From: Lama guanicoe
Lineage: Eukaryota
NCBI GenBank assembly: GCA_013239625.1
Contig: MU053606.1
Location: 62,001 to 126,000, forward strand
Length of the DNA: 64,000 nt
Direction: 5' to 3'
Part shown: one piece after another, positions 12,901 through 26,288 of the stretch
Layout: every line of letters begins with the position of its first letter
Numbering within the stretch: position 1 is the first letter of the stretch
Notes under the pieces: generated by a model
Told to the model about the DNA's origin: nothing
Databases searched by the model: none
The model's input: only the letters and a program-made list of their open reading frames with translations
Made by a program: the position numbers and the translations under genes

Positions 12901-15442
12901 CACAAACTCGTCTGAAAATAAAGAGGTGGGCACACTTCCCAATTCATTCAATGAGACTAGTATCACACTGATACCAAAACCAGACAAAGGCATCACAAGA
13001 AAACTAAAGACTATCTCTTATGAATATAAATGCAAAAATCCTCAACAGAATAGAAGCAAATCCAATCCAGTAACATATAAAATAGACCACAGTTAAGTGG
13101 GATGTATCCATGTATGCAACGGCAGTTCAACATACAAAAGTCAATTCATGTAGTACGCCATATTAATAGAATAATGGATAAAAACTAGGAATAGAAGAGA
13201 ACTTCCTCAACTTGACAGACAACATCTATGAAAAACCTGAAGCAAAGATCATACATAATGCAGAAGCACTGAATTATTCCCTCCCAAAATCAACATTGTA
13301 CTAGAAGTTCTAGTCAAATCAATCAGACAAAGAAAATAAAGCCCCTAGTTTAGAAAGAAAGAAATAAAACTATTTCAATTCCAGATGACATGATATTATA
13401 TATTGAAACCACAAGGAATCCACAAAGAAAAAAAGAGAGAGAAAAGAAAATAAAAAACCTATTACAATTAATAACCCAGTCTGACCAAAATTGTAAGACA
13501 CAAACCAATATATGAAAAAGTAATTATATTTCTATACAACATCAGTGAATAATCTAAAAATAAAAAGAAGGAAACATTTTCATTTACAATAGCATCAAAA
13601 AGAATAAAATACTTAGGCATATTAAGAAAAATACGTGGAATACTGGGAAAAATGTCTGAAACTTGTATATTGAAAACTAAAATACTACTGATAGAAGTTA
13701 AAAATGACCTAAAATAAATGGAAAACTCTTCTGTGTTCATGGATCAGAAGCCTTATTATTGTTAGGATGGCAATTGTCCTCAAAATGACCTATAGATACA
13801 ATGCAACTCAGGCTTTTTGGCAGAAATGTACAAGCTGATCCTAAAACTAATATGGAAATGAAAGATATCCAGAATAATCAAAACAATCTTGAAAAACAAC
13901 AAAGTTTTGAAGTTTCCAAATTCAAAACTCACTAACAAAACTGTAATCCGTACAGTGTAGTACTTGCATAAATGACAGACAAATAGATCGAGAGAAAAGG
14001 ACTGAGAGTCCATAAACAAACTCTTACATGTAGCCAGTTAATTTTTGACAAAGGTGCCATGAGAATCCAATGGGGAAAAGATAATCTTTACAAAAATGAT
14101 GCTGGGACACCTGAACATACACCTGGAAAGAAAGAAAACTGAACTTTTATCTTAACAACATTTATGAATATTAACTCAAGATAAATAATTTTTGACAAAG
14201 GTGCCATGAGAATCCAATGGGGAAAAGATAATCTTTACAAAAATGATGCTGGGACACCTGAACATACACCTGGAAAGAAAGAAAACTGAACTTTTATTTT
14301 AACAACATTTATGAATATTAACTCAAGATAAATCATAGACCTGAAACTGTAAACCTTTTAGAAAATGAACAATGAGAAAACCTTCAGGACTTTGGATTAC
14401 AAAAACTTCTAAGAAATGACACTAAAAGCACAAACAAAAAAAGAAAAAATCTAGTAAACTGGACTTTAGTAAAATAAAAAACTTCTGTGCTTCAAAGGAC
14501 TTCATCAAGAAAGTAAGAAGACAATCCACAGAATGGCTGAAAGTATTTCCTATATTTTCCCTGATAAGGGACTTTTATCCAGAATAGACAAAGAAGACTT
14601 AAAACGTGACAATACAAAGACAAATACAATTAAAATGGGCAAAGAATTTGAATAGATGTTTCTCCAAAGAAGACATACGAATGGGAAATAAGCACATAAA
14701 AAGATGTTCAACATCAGTAGGCACTAGGGAGGCAGAAATCAAAAGCACAATGACATGCCACTTCATACCAACTAGGATAACAAATATATATCATATATGA
14801 TATGTAAATATGTATCTATAAACCAGGTAATAAAAAGTGTTGATGAGGATGTGGAGAAAGTGGACTCCTCATACATTACTACTGGAAACATAAAATGGTT
14901 TAGTCACTTTAAAAGCTACTTTAGCAATTCCTCAAAATGTTAAAAGTAGAATACATTCCAGCAATTCCATTTTTGATATATCCTCAAGAGAACTGAAAAT
15001 ATGTGTTCACACAAAAACGTGGCCATGAGCATTTACAGCAGAATTATTCATCATCACAACTGATGGTAAGCAATGTGGTGCACTTATAACAATGGCATAT
15101 TATTTGAACACAAAAAGGAATTTGGGTACTGATATATGCTACACCATGGATGAGCCTTGACAACGTCACACTAAATGAAAGATGACAATCAATAAAGGCA
15201 GCATACTGAATGGTTCTACTTAAATGAAATGCCCAGAACAGGCAAATCCATAGAGGCAGAAAGTAGAGTGGTGACTTCTGGGGACTAAGGGAAAGGAAGG
15301 TTAGGGAGTGACTTACTAAAGGGTACTGGTTCCTTTTGGGAGTGATGGCTACACAACTCTGAAGTGTACTTAAAACCCTAATGCACACATTCAAAGGCTG
15401 CATTTTATGGTATGTGAATTATATCTCCGTAAAGCTGTTATT
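9990..15442 (+). mobile_element. Old decayed near-full-length LINE-1 (L1MB7/8-like 3' end) with internal deletions
   Basis: Degraded ORF1 (gctgaaaacttcccaaatttg near 11478), ORF2 remnants at 12400-14950, 3' end ttttatggtatgtgaattatatctc..taaagctgtt; most of the endonuclease region is missing at about 12440. Confidence 0.85.
14040..14333 (+). repeat. 147-bp tandem duplication (2 copies, 1 mismatch)
   Basis: 14040-14186 equals 14187-14333 except tatctt versus tatttt. Confidence 0.95.
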
Positions 15443-15447
15443 CTTGA

Positions 15448-18400
15448 AGCTGAGCCCACCTATGGAGCAACTGGCACAGCACTGACTGTGGCACCTGGAG
15501 TGGGAGTGACCCACTCACCCACCGTGAAGGAGAGCAGCACCTGAACCAGTGTTGGAGGGGCATGATCTTCTTGCCGACGGACACTGTGAGCAGCACAGAT
15601 GAGGGGGCCAACAGAGCAAGCTGAGTTCATGAAACAGGGTGAAGACACAAAGACCTCTCAATAAAACCATTAAGAGCATTCAGTCTCTAGGAGAACACAT
15701 CTTTGTTTTTTAAATCTTTTTATATCTGTTTTGTTTTCTATTACCTTTTCAATCTTTACTTTTCAAACAGTTCTATATGTTTACAGTTCTCATTTCATTT
15801 TTAATTCTCTTGGTTTTGATCTGCTATTGATTATTCACAGGTTTCAAAAATTGTTTTGATTTTTTTCTTCTTTTTATTAAGGTTTTTAAAAGACATCTCA
15901 ACTTGATTCCTAATCTGCTTCAACTTGATCTTCTATTATTGATTATACACTGTTTTCAAACCTTCTTTTCCTCCATTCTTTTAAAATTCTCTCTGTCTCT
16001 CGTTTTTAAGTTTTATCCCTGCATAGGCTTTAGATAGATAAATAGACTCCTTTAAGGACCACAATAGATAACTGATATTCCTTAAGCCACAGTGCCAGAG
16101 AGATATGACCAGTATGAGGAAGCAGAGGCAGTACTCCCAATTAAAAGAGCAAGAGAAATCCCCTGAAAGAATGATCAATGAAATAGACATTGATGGCCTA
16201 CTACATCAAGATTTCAAAAAAGAAGTGATCAAATTACTGAAGGAACTAAAAGAGATAGTGTTTAGAGACATAAAATATGTCAAAAACAAAATAGAAGTTA
16301 TATAGAAGAGCCAAGTAGAATTGGTAAATTCATTGGCTGGAATGAGATCTGACCTAAAGGTTGTACAAAGCAGGCTATATAATGCAGAGGAACGAATAAG
16401 TGACCTAGAAGACAGGACAACAGAAAGCACCCAATCAGAACAGCTGAGAGAAAAACAAAGAAAAAACAATGAAAACAATATAAGGAACCTGTGGGATAAT
16501 ATAAAGCATGCCAATCTATGCATAATAGGGGTTCCAGAAGGGGAAGAAAGAACAAAGGGGTTGGAAAAGGTATTTAAAGAAATCATGACTGAAAACTTCC
16601 CAAACATAAAGGAGGAATCAGACACCCAAGTACAGGAGGCTCAGAAGTTCCCAAACCGGAAGAGCACAAAAAGACCCACACCAAGACATCATAATCAAGA
16701 TGGCCAGACTGAAGGATAAAGAAATGATCCTAAAGGCAGCAAGAGAAAAATAAAGAGTGATTTACAAGAGAAGGCTCTCAGCTGATTTCTCTACACAGAC
16801 TACAGGCCAGAAGGGAGTGGCAAGATATATTCAAAGTCCTGAATGAAGAAAAAGATGCAGCCTAGGATACTTTCTCCGCCAAGGCTATCCTTTAGGATAG
16901 AAGAAGAAATAAAGAATTTCACAGAGAAGTGAAAACTAAAAGACTTTAGCAACACTACACCCATGCTAAAAGAAATATTGAAAGGTCTATTCTAAGTAGA
17001 AAAGAAGCATGATGCTACAGAAATGAGAACTCACAACTGGAAAGGTGATAACTAACATGAATTACAAATAGAATAAACATGAAATTGTAAAAGAAGATAT
17101 CTAAACCATTGAATGGGAGAGGGAAGCAAGAAAATATAGAGTATTATTTTCTTTCTTCTTTTTTTCTTAAACTTTTTGTTCTCAGTAGGATGGGTTTGAG
17201 ATTACATTACTATCTGTTTAGTACACACAGTTACAGTAATTGGTTAACAGACTTGCAAAAAAGTGTAACTACAAGCCAAAAACTTACAAGTGAGTCACAA
17301 AAACTAAATACAATCCAAGATAACACAAAGGAAATTTACCATACCACAAAAGGAAGAAGAAAGGAACAATGAAGAAATACCAAATCAACTGCAAAAATAA
17401 GTTCAAAATAACAATAAACACTCATCTATTATTAATTACTGTAAATGTTAATGGACTAAAAGCTCCAGTCAAAAGACAGACTGGCAGACTGGATAATAAA
17501 GCAAGAACATTCAATACACTGCATACAAGAGACACACTTTAGGGAGAAGTACACATATACATTGAGAGTGAATGGATGGAAAAGGATATTCCATGCAAAT
17601 GGAAATGCCAATAAAGCAGGTGTAGCAGTACTGATTTCAGACAAAATAGACTTTAAAACAAGGGCCATAAAGAAAGATAAATAAAGACATTTTATAATGA
17701 TTAAAGGAGCAATGCAAGATGAGGATATTACAATCATTAATATATATGCACCCAACATGAGCACCTAAGTACATAAAACAACTAACAGAGATAAAGGAGG
17801 AAATTGATGGGAATACAATCACTGTCAGAAATTTTAACACCACATTAACATCACTAGATAGATCTTCCAGACAGAAAATAAGTAAAGCAACTGAGAAATT
17901 AAATGATACAAAAGAAAAATTAGATTTAGTGGATATTTTCAGAGCATTACAACCCCCCAAAATAGGATATACATTCTTTTCAAGTGCAAGTGGAACATTT
18001 TCTAGAATTGATCATGTACTTGGTCACAAAAGAAGCCTCAACAATTTTAAGAAGATAGAAATTATCTCAAGCATCTTTACTGACAACAATGCCATTGAAA
18101 CTAGAAATCAACTACAGAGAAACAAAGGAGAAAAAAAAGGAAAGCATAGAGATTAAACAACATGCTATTAAAAAACCAATGGGTTGATGATGAAATCAAA
18201 GTTTAAATTAAAGAATGCCTTGAGACAAATGAAAATGAAAACACAATCACACAAAACTTATGGGATGAAGCAAAAGCAGTGCTAAGAGGAAAGTTTAGGG
18301 TGATACAGGCTTTCCTCAAAAAAGAAGAACAATATCAAATAAACAATCTAACCCACCAGCTAAAAGGACTAGAAACAGAAGAGCAAAAACACCCAAAAGT

Positions 18401-21058
18401 CAGCAGAAGGAAGGAAATAAAAAAGATCAGGGAGGAAATAAATAAAATAAAGACTAAAAAAAATAAAGAAAATAATTAATCAAACCAAAAGCTAGATTTT
18501 TGAAAGAGTAAATAAAATCGACAAACCTCTGGCAAAACTCATAAAGAAGAAATAAGAGAGAGCACAAATTTGAAAAATAAGAAAGGAAAATGGAGAAATG
18601 ATAACAAATAACATAGAAATACAGAATATCATATGAGGATATCATGAAAAACTACATGGAAAAAAAATGGATAACCTAGAGGAGATGGACAAGTTTCTGG
18701 AAACATACAGTCCACCAAGACTGAATCAAGAAGAAACTGACCACTTGAACAAACCAATCACTAGGATTGAAATCGAATTAACAATAAAAAAAAACCTCCC
18801 TAGAAATAAAAGTCCAGGATTGGACAGCTTCACCAGGGAATTCTACCAAACATACAAAGAAAAACTCATACCCGTCCTTCCCAAACTCTTCCAGAAGATT
18901 GAAAAGAAGGAATATTCCCAAACTCATTCTATGAAGCCACCATCACCCTGATACACAAACCAGGCAAAGACACCAACAAAAAAGAGAATTTCAGACCAAT
19001 ATCACTGATGAACACAGATGCAAAAAGTCCTTACCAAAATACTAGCAAATAGAATCCAACAGCACATAAAAAAGATTATACATCATGCTCAAATGGGGTT
19101 CATCTCAGGGACACAAGGGTGGTTCAACATATACAAATCAATCAATGTAATACTTCACATCAACAAGATAAAAGACAAAAACCACATGATCATCTCAATA
19201 GATGCAGAAAAGCTTTTGATAAAATTGAACACCCATTTATGATAAAAATTCTCACCCAAGTGAGTATTGAGGGAACATATCTCAACATCATAAAAGCTAT
19301 ATATGACAAACCTACAGCCAGCATAACACTAAACGGTGAAAAACTCAAAAGCTTCCCACTAAAATCTGGGACAAGACAAGTATGCCCACTATCACCACTC
19401 CTATTCAACATAGTCTTAGAAGTCCTGGCCACAACAATCAGGCAAGTAAGAGAAATGAAAGGGGTCTAAATTGGAAAAGAAGTGGTAAAAGTGTCACTAT
19501 ATGCAGATGACATGATACTATATGTAGAAAACCCTAAAAGTTCCACACAAAAACTACTAAAGCTGATCGAAGAATTCAGCAATGTAGCAGGTTACAAGAT
19601 TAATGTTCAAAAATCAGTTGCATTTCTTTACACTAATGATGAATCAACAGAAAAAGAGTAAAGAAAAACACCCCTTTAAAATATCGCCCAAAAAAAAAAA
19701 ATANNNNNNNNNNNNNNNNNNNNNNNNNNNNNNNNNNNNNNNNNNNNNNNNNNNNNNNNNNNNNNNNNNNNNNNNNNNNNNNNNNNNNNNNNNNNNNNNN
19801 NNNNNNNNNNNNNNNNNNNNNNNNNNNNNNNNNNNNNNNNNNNNNNNNNNNNNNNNNNNNNNNNNNNNNNNNNNNNNNNNNNNNNNNNNNNNNNNNNNNN
19901 NNNNNNNNNNNNNNNNNNNNNNNNNNNNNNNNNNNNNNNNNNNNNNNNNNNNNNNNNNNNNNNNNNNNNNNNNNNNNNNNNNNNNNNNNNNNNNNNNNNN
20001 NNNNNNNNNNNNNNNNNNNNNNNNNNNNNNNNNNNNNNNNNNNNNNNNNNNNNNNNNNNNNNNNNNNNNNNNNNNNNNNNNNNNNNNNNNNNNNNNNNNN
20101 NNNNNNNNNNNNNNNNNNNNNNNNNNNNNNNNNNNNNNNNNNNNNNNNNNNNNNNNNNNNNNNNNNNNNNNNNNNNNNNNNNNNNNNNNNNNNNNNNNNN
20201 NNNNNNNNNNNNNNNNNNNNNNNNNNNNNNNNNNNNNNNNNNNNNNNNNNNNNNNNNNNNNNNNNNNNNNNNNNNNNNNNNNNNNNNNNNNNNNNNNNNN
20301 NNNNNNNNNNNNNNNNNNNNNNNNNNNNNNNNNNNNNNNNNNNNNNNNNNNNNNNNNNNNNNNNNNNNNNNNNNNNNNNNNNNNNNNNNNNNNNNNNNNN
20401 NNNNNNNNNNNNNNNNNNNNNNNNNNNNNNNNNNNNNNNNNNNNNNNNNNNNNNNNNNNNNNNNNNNNNNNNNNNNNNNNNNNNNNNNNNNNNNNNNNNN
20501 NAAAATGGGCAGAAGACCTAAACAAGCAATTCTCCAAGGAAGACATACAAATGATCAATGGGCACATGAAAAAATGCTCAATATCACTAATTATCAGAGA
20601 AATGCAAATCAAAACTACAATGAGGTATCACCTAAAACCAGTCAGAACAGCCATCATTCAAAAATCCAGAAATGACAAATGCTGGAGAGGCTGTGGAGAA
20701 ATGGGAACCCCTACACTTCTGGTGGGAATGCAGTTTGATTCAGCCACTGTGGAAAACAGTATTGAGTTTCCTCAAAAGACTAGGAATAGACTTGCCATAA
20801 GACCCAGGAATCCTGCTCCTGGGCATATATCCTGAAGGAACCCTACTTCAGGATGACACCTGCACCCCAATGTTCATAGCAGCACTATTTACAATAGCCA
20901 AAACATGGAGACAGCCTAAATGTCCATCAACGGATGACTGGTTAAAGAAGTGGTGTATTAATACAATGGAATACTACTCGGCCATAAATACTGACAATAT
21001 AGGGCCATTTGCAGCAACATGGATGTTCCTGGAGAATGTCATTCTAAGTTAAGTAAGT
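15448..21058 (+). mobile_element. Young LINE-1 closely related to 3003-9838, truncated in the 5' UTR and before the 3' UTR
   Basis: ORF1 remnant at about 16105-16996, ORF2 remnant from about 17409 with start codon lost and many frameshifts; similarity stops abruptly at attctaagttaagtaag with no 3' UTR or poly(A). Confidence 0.93.
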
Positions 21059-21086
21059 ACGGTAACAAGGAATAAAGAGAAGTTAC

Positions 21087-21221
21087 CTCCAGGTACAGTT
21101 ATTTTGATTAAAATATCCATACAGAAGGCAAGTCACCCCCATGACTGCTGCCAGGAGGAGCATCTCAGTGTAATAGCCCAGACAAGCAAAGTAGATTCCA
21201 ACCATCTCTCCTTAGAATTTC
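21087..21221 (-). pseudogene. ANO6: ANO6-like exon 8 with first TM helix (KF*GEMVGIYFACLGYYTEMLLLAAVMGVTCLLYGYFNQNNCTWS)
   Basis: ctttctgcag acceptor and gtaact donor, 135 nt; matches [45 protein letters not shown]; TAA at 21212-21214. Confidence 0.94.
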
Positions 21222-21292
21222 CTGCAGAAAGACAGAAGGTAGTTTCAGAAGACACACAAACACTCTGTAGCTTCACCCTCATGTTAATTTCT

Positions 21293-21422
21293 TTTTTCTT
21301 TGTTTTTTTGGTAGCATTATTAGGTTTCCTTATTTGTTTTTTAAATGGAGGCATTGGGGATTGAACCCAGGACCTCATGCATGCTAGGCATGCACCCTAC
21401 CACTGAGCTATACCCTCCTTCC
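21293..21422 (-). mobile_element. tRNA-derived SINE (camelid Vic-1-like)
   Basis: Reverse complement reads gagggtatagctcagtggtag...gtcctgggttcaatcccc with A and B boxes and an A-rich tail. Confidence 0.85.
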
Positions 21423-23850
21423 ACCATAATAATTTCTGATTCTAAATCAAGGGGGCTTTAAGTTTAAACCTCTGACTCAATTCACACTAAAAACATATGC
21501 ATTTTCATAGCAGCCTCCAAATTCTATTGTGAAATATGTATTTTATATATCATAGAAGTACAGATCATTGCTTCACCTGCTGAAGAGAGATAAATGAGAA
21601 CAGAGCAAAGGAGGGGACGAGGCCGACTCCAGAGCAGTTGCAGGGGATCATCACCACTCACTGGACAGTCTGGCACATTCAACAAATCCCACCAAAGATC
21701 ATTCTTAACAGGCTTGACACAGGAGGACATCAACAACTGGCTCAGTCATCTGCTCCTACCTTATCTCGGGAACTTCCCTGGAGCAAATGTATCATAAGCC
21801 ACAGATAATAAGGAAATGGCTGATAATGATAACAACTGGGAGAGCAATGTCTCTCTGACAAAATATTTATAAAACTCATTGTGGGAATGGGAGAGGGCAG
21901 GAGGGATGTGACTGAGGAAGGCACTGCCCTGTATTCTTTGTATCTAGCACATCTGTTGTTCCTAGGTTTTAAAAACTCTTCAATGTTTCTCAGTTAATCC
22001 AGAGTAGATGGAACAGGCCAGGGAGGCAAGATTAGAAGAAAGGAGGCAGGGCATGAAGCGGTGCCAGGCTGGTCCCGAAAGGGAGACAGACACAGACAGG
22101 CAGACACAAAGGGCTTAGGGATGAGGTGGAACAATGAGACGGCTGTTCAGGTGTGTCTTGCTGTTGCTGATACTTCCCTCAACTGGCTCACTGCTGACTC
22201 AGCAGTGCTGGGTAAAACCTGTGGATTTCCTCAGCTCTGAGTTCTCTCTGAGGCTTCCAGCTCAGTCTGGAGCTGAGATAAGCTCCTTGGGCTTAGCCTA
22301 GGGGGGACTCAGTTCTGAGAACAGCCTGCAGTCCTGGGAAACTTCATGCAGGAACCCCCTTGGGCTGGACCAGCGCTCACAGGGCTGCTGTGAGACCAGC
22401 TCCATCGTCAGAGACTTGGGTGTGGACCATTCCATGGGGAAAAGGGCTGAGCCCGATGCCAAATCAGTTAGGAGGGACAAAGTGTGTTCATTCTCATGTG
22501 ACTGGGCTTTGTGGCCTGGCTCAAGGATGGCAGGCTCAGGATGGTGTCTGGCAGAGAAAACCCTGGCAATGGGTTTGAGATGCCTTGGACTCTTTATGTT
22601 AAGCTTTTTGTAATACATTCTTATCAACTATCCATCCTGAAAATGCCACATTCAAAACTGAAAAGAATGTTAGGCCTGCTCCAACTGGCCAGTGGTAAAC
22701 ACACACTGCTAAAGTTAGACAGCTGGTCAGGCAGCCTCTGCCTGGATATTTACAGTGACGGGGAGTTCATTACTTCAGAAGGTTACATATCAGCAAGAAG
22801 GTCAGAAAGAAGTTCTGAACCTTAAACAGATGTCTGTCTCCTAGTCCTTGCTGAAAGACTAGGAATAATGAGGATCCCTTCAAATGTAGTTTTGTCTGAT
22901 TGTTATATCTCTCTGTCAAAAACATCCCAATTCTTAACATCAATTTTTCAAAATTCAGCTTTGATTTCTTTTTATCAAAGTTATACCATACATTCATTAA
23001 AGAGCCAAACAGTTCTCGAACACCAATTGTAAAAAGGAGCAGTTCCCAACAACCACCCCATTTCCTGGCCAGAAGCAACCACATTCAGCTCCTACTGCTG
23101 ACTCCTGGAATAATTACTCCCTATCTCTGACTAATATCCTTGTAACGCAGCCTACTGACTTTTTCAGCTTTATGTATCACCTATTTAACTATTTTGGAAA
23201 ATGAGGATTAAGCTCTTTTTCAAACCTCAACTCATCTACACACCCAAACCTTCATTCTTCCAACATTTTGATACATTACATTATAATTTTGATTAGCTCA
23301 GTACCCTTGCTTTACATTATTAGGACTCTGTACATACTGTTCACAGCTGTAGCAAGTTGTCTGCTAGGCTTACTTTTTCCTTCCCTACTTTGTTTTTCCT
23401 GGAGTTAATAATTGTCTTGGTGGTTCATAGCTTAGATTTCTGTGCACTTAACAATTCAACCCCAGACCTTCTCCTAATGAATAACTTTCTCAATACTTTC
23501 CAATACATTGTCTACAAATTTCATCTCCTTGAATAAATCTCTTCAGATCTCCTTCAACCTGGATTAACGACATGTTAGTCTTGTCACAGAGCTCAAGGGG
23601 CCACTAGTGGGAAGCAACAAAGGGAACACATGGACCAGGAGCAGGGAACAGATCAACATACTTTCCTTAGCAAAACATACTTAAAATAGTGGGAAAATTG
23701 TTTTCTTTACAAACACAAACACACACACAAATCCCAAAAGCCCATAAAGAATGATTAAAGAGCCATCAAACCCATTGCCCTGCCATCAAATACTGTATAA
23801 CATAAAGCAAAAATAACAGAAGGAAAATATCATATAAATATGAATCTCAA

Positions 23851-23957
23851 GGGGGATGGGGTACACTCAGTGACAGAGTGTATGCTCAGCATGCATAATG
23901 TCCTAGATTCAATCTTCAGTACCTCCATTAGAAAAAAAAATTAAAAAGAAAAGAAAA
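23851..23957 (+). mobile_element. tRNA-derived SINE (same family, more diverged)
   Basis: ggggtacactcagtg...gcatgcataatgtcctagattcaatcttcagtacctcc followed by poly(A). Confidence 0.75.
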
Positions 23958-24899
23958 ATGTATCAACTTTAAATATTTACAAATGTACAAACATCCTCTT
24001 TTAAAACTGTTCTACAGGATAACCCGGGTTAATGAGAAAGTGCCTCTTCATGACTGTGATCCTGCTGATAATTGAGGGAGGAAATTAGAGTATGACCACA
24101 TGAAATAAAATCCCTTATGAAATAATGATCCCAGGTGACAATCATTATTGGCTGCTGTCATCACAAAAAAGAGAGTCAACTGGACATTATGTACCTTATG
24201 TCAGGAGCACAAAACTTCACATAACAAGTATTCTTGCACAAAGTTGAACCTCAATCAGATCAAGCTTTTAAGGGAGGATCAAATCACTTAGCTAAAGCAA
24301 ATACATAGGGTGGAGAAACAAGTCTAACACCACAGGGAGAATGAAATCAGCCAAACAGGAAATAGAGAAACCCCTCAGCAATTTCAAGGAAAATGAGAAA
24401 CAGGAAAATTATAGATTAGAACCCACTTGATAGATATGCTAGCTGCAATGTCTGAACCTAGTCTGGATCCTGATTTCAACCCCGAAACTACTTAAAAGTG
24501 TATTTTTGTGACAATCAGAGAATTATTTTCTAACCCTAAAAAAAAAAGGAATATTCCAATTGTATTTGAAAGAGACCTTATCATTTCACTAATGAAAGGT
24601 TAAGCTATGTAGGATTGTCTTCAAAATGATCCCGTAGTGGGAGAGGGGAGGAGGTGGAGATGAAAGATGCAACAACAATGACTCTGAGTTTATAATTCTG
24701 GAGCTGGGTGACTGATACAGGCAGGCTGGCTGTGCTGTTCTCTCTACTTCTGTACATGTTTGAATCTTTCCATAATATGTGAAACAAACAAAAAGACTTC
24801 TGTGTTTTAAAACCCTCATTCTGAAGGTTAAGAGGTTTGCCCAAGTAGGTGGGCACCTGCACAGGGCACTGAGATTAGGAAGATCAATCACCTGGCTCC

Positions 24900-25600
24900 A
24901 GACCGACCTGGGGCTACCTTGACCATCCTCTTCTACTCACCATCCACAGCCAGCCCATAACTGCATCCTGTCAGCTCCACTCCCCAAATGCATTCCTCCC
25001 TGGCTCCCACCATCTCTCATCTGGCCCACTCCAAGAGCCTCCTACCCGGCCTCCCTGCTTCCTGGGTCCCTGACATTCATTCTCCACATTATCTTTGCAA
25101 AATGTGAGTGAGAGAAAATTTCTATAGTGCTTAAACAATCATGACTGCTTCTCACTGCACTTAGAGTCTACACTCCTTTCCGTGCTCCTGATGCCCTTCT
25201 AAACTTCACATCTCATCACTCTCACCAGCGCTGGCTCCAGTATCTCCTCAAACCTGCTGAGCACATTTGTACCTCGGGGCCAATGGACAAGCTGCCTCTA
25301 TTCCTGGGGTGACTTTTCCCAGATCCTCAAAATCCAGCCTCCTTATCACCATCTCAGCTCACATGTAACCTACTCAAAGAAAGCTTTCTTGATTCACTTC
25401 CCCCCAAGTCTTCCATCTCAACACTGTGTTATTTTCTTCATTTCAATCTGACATTGTTTCCTTATTTGCCCGATGATTTTTGTTTGCTCGGTTGTCCTTG
25501 GCCTCCCTCACCCGAGCAGCCTTGCCCAAACAGCATAAGCTCCCGGGAAGCAGCTGGCATTGCTGCTCTGAGAAGACACATGCTGAGCACGACATTACAG
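24900..25600 (+). mobile_element. LINE-2 3' fragment
   Basis: L2-typical text ccaccatctctcatctgg...gcctcctacccggcctccctgcttcc...tcactgcacttagagt. Confidence 0.65.
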
Positions 25601-25699
25601 TCACGTGGTGTAGTGAAATGGTGTCGAACAGCAGATACAGCAAAGCAGTGAGAATTTCTCTCTTATTTTATAATTTAAGGGAAAACTTACATTTACTAC

Positions 25700-26135
25700 T
25701 GTTTAATGAAGAATTTGGTAGGTCTTTGGTCCCAGTTCCTGGACGGCAACCACTAAAGCCTTGAAATTTCCCAAGATAGGAATATCTTTGCTATTCATGG
25801 TGGACCCTTGGTTGGCTTGTGTTCATGGGATGACTCAGGATGGGGACTGGCCAGCCAGAGACACCAACCATGTGATTAGAGGAGTGGGGCTTTGAGCTTT
25901 GTGACAAGTGAGTGACCACCAGGGGAGGAAGGGGCTCAACATTTAGGGCTAAGTAAAGGTTTGAGTTACAGTTAGGGTTTGGGTTAGCCATGTCAGTAGT
26001 GACCCAATAAATCATGTCTGTGTAATAAGGCCTCCAGTAAAAACTTGAGGCAACAAAGCTCACAGCTCCTGTGAGCTTCCTGGTTGGTAACACTCTTGGA
26101 GGACTGTCACACTCAGATGCCATGAGGGCAACCCT
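25700..26135 (+). mobile_element. ERVL-class LTR fragment (MER21/MER77-like)
   Basis: tgt start; ctaaagccttgaaatttccc; accaaccatgtgattagagg; gtgagcttcctggttggtaa, recalled as MER21-group motifs. Confidence 0.6.
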
Positions 26136-26173
26136 GAGCCCATCCCACTGGAGTGCTCTCCACAACAGCTCAC

Positions 26174-26288
26174 CTGAGGAGATCTAAGGGCTGCTTCTTG
26201 TCTATGCTTCGAGGAGGAGCCCATTCCCTGTACAGAAGGCCCTGTTCACTGGGGCAGCTGAGGTCCTCTGATGGAGGCTGAAGTTGCA
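26174..26288 (-). pseudogene. ANO6: ANO6-like exon 7 (CNFS../SEDLSCPSEQGLLYREWAPPRSIDKKQPLDLLR)
   Basis: Matches ANO6 SEDPSCPNERYLLYREWAHPRSIYKKQPLDLIR; gtgag donor intact, acceptor reads AT instead of AG, 1-nt deletion. Confidence 0.92.

Noticed and set aside
25942..25990. Telomere-like ttaggg variants inside the LTR
   Set aside because: Only two perfect units among degenerate hexamers; too short to call an interstitial telomere
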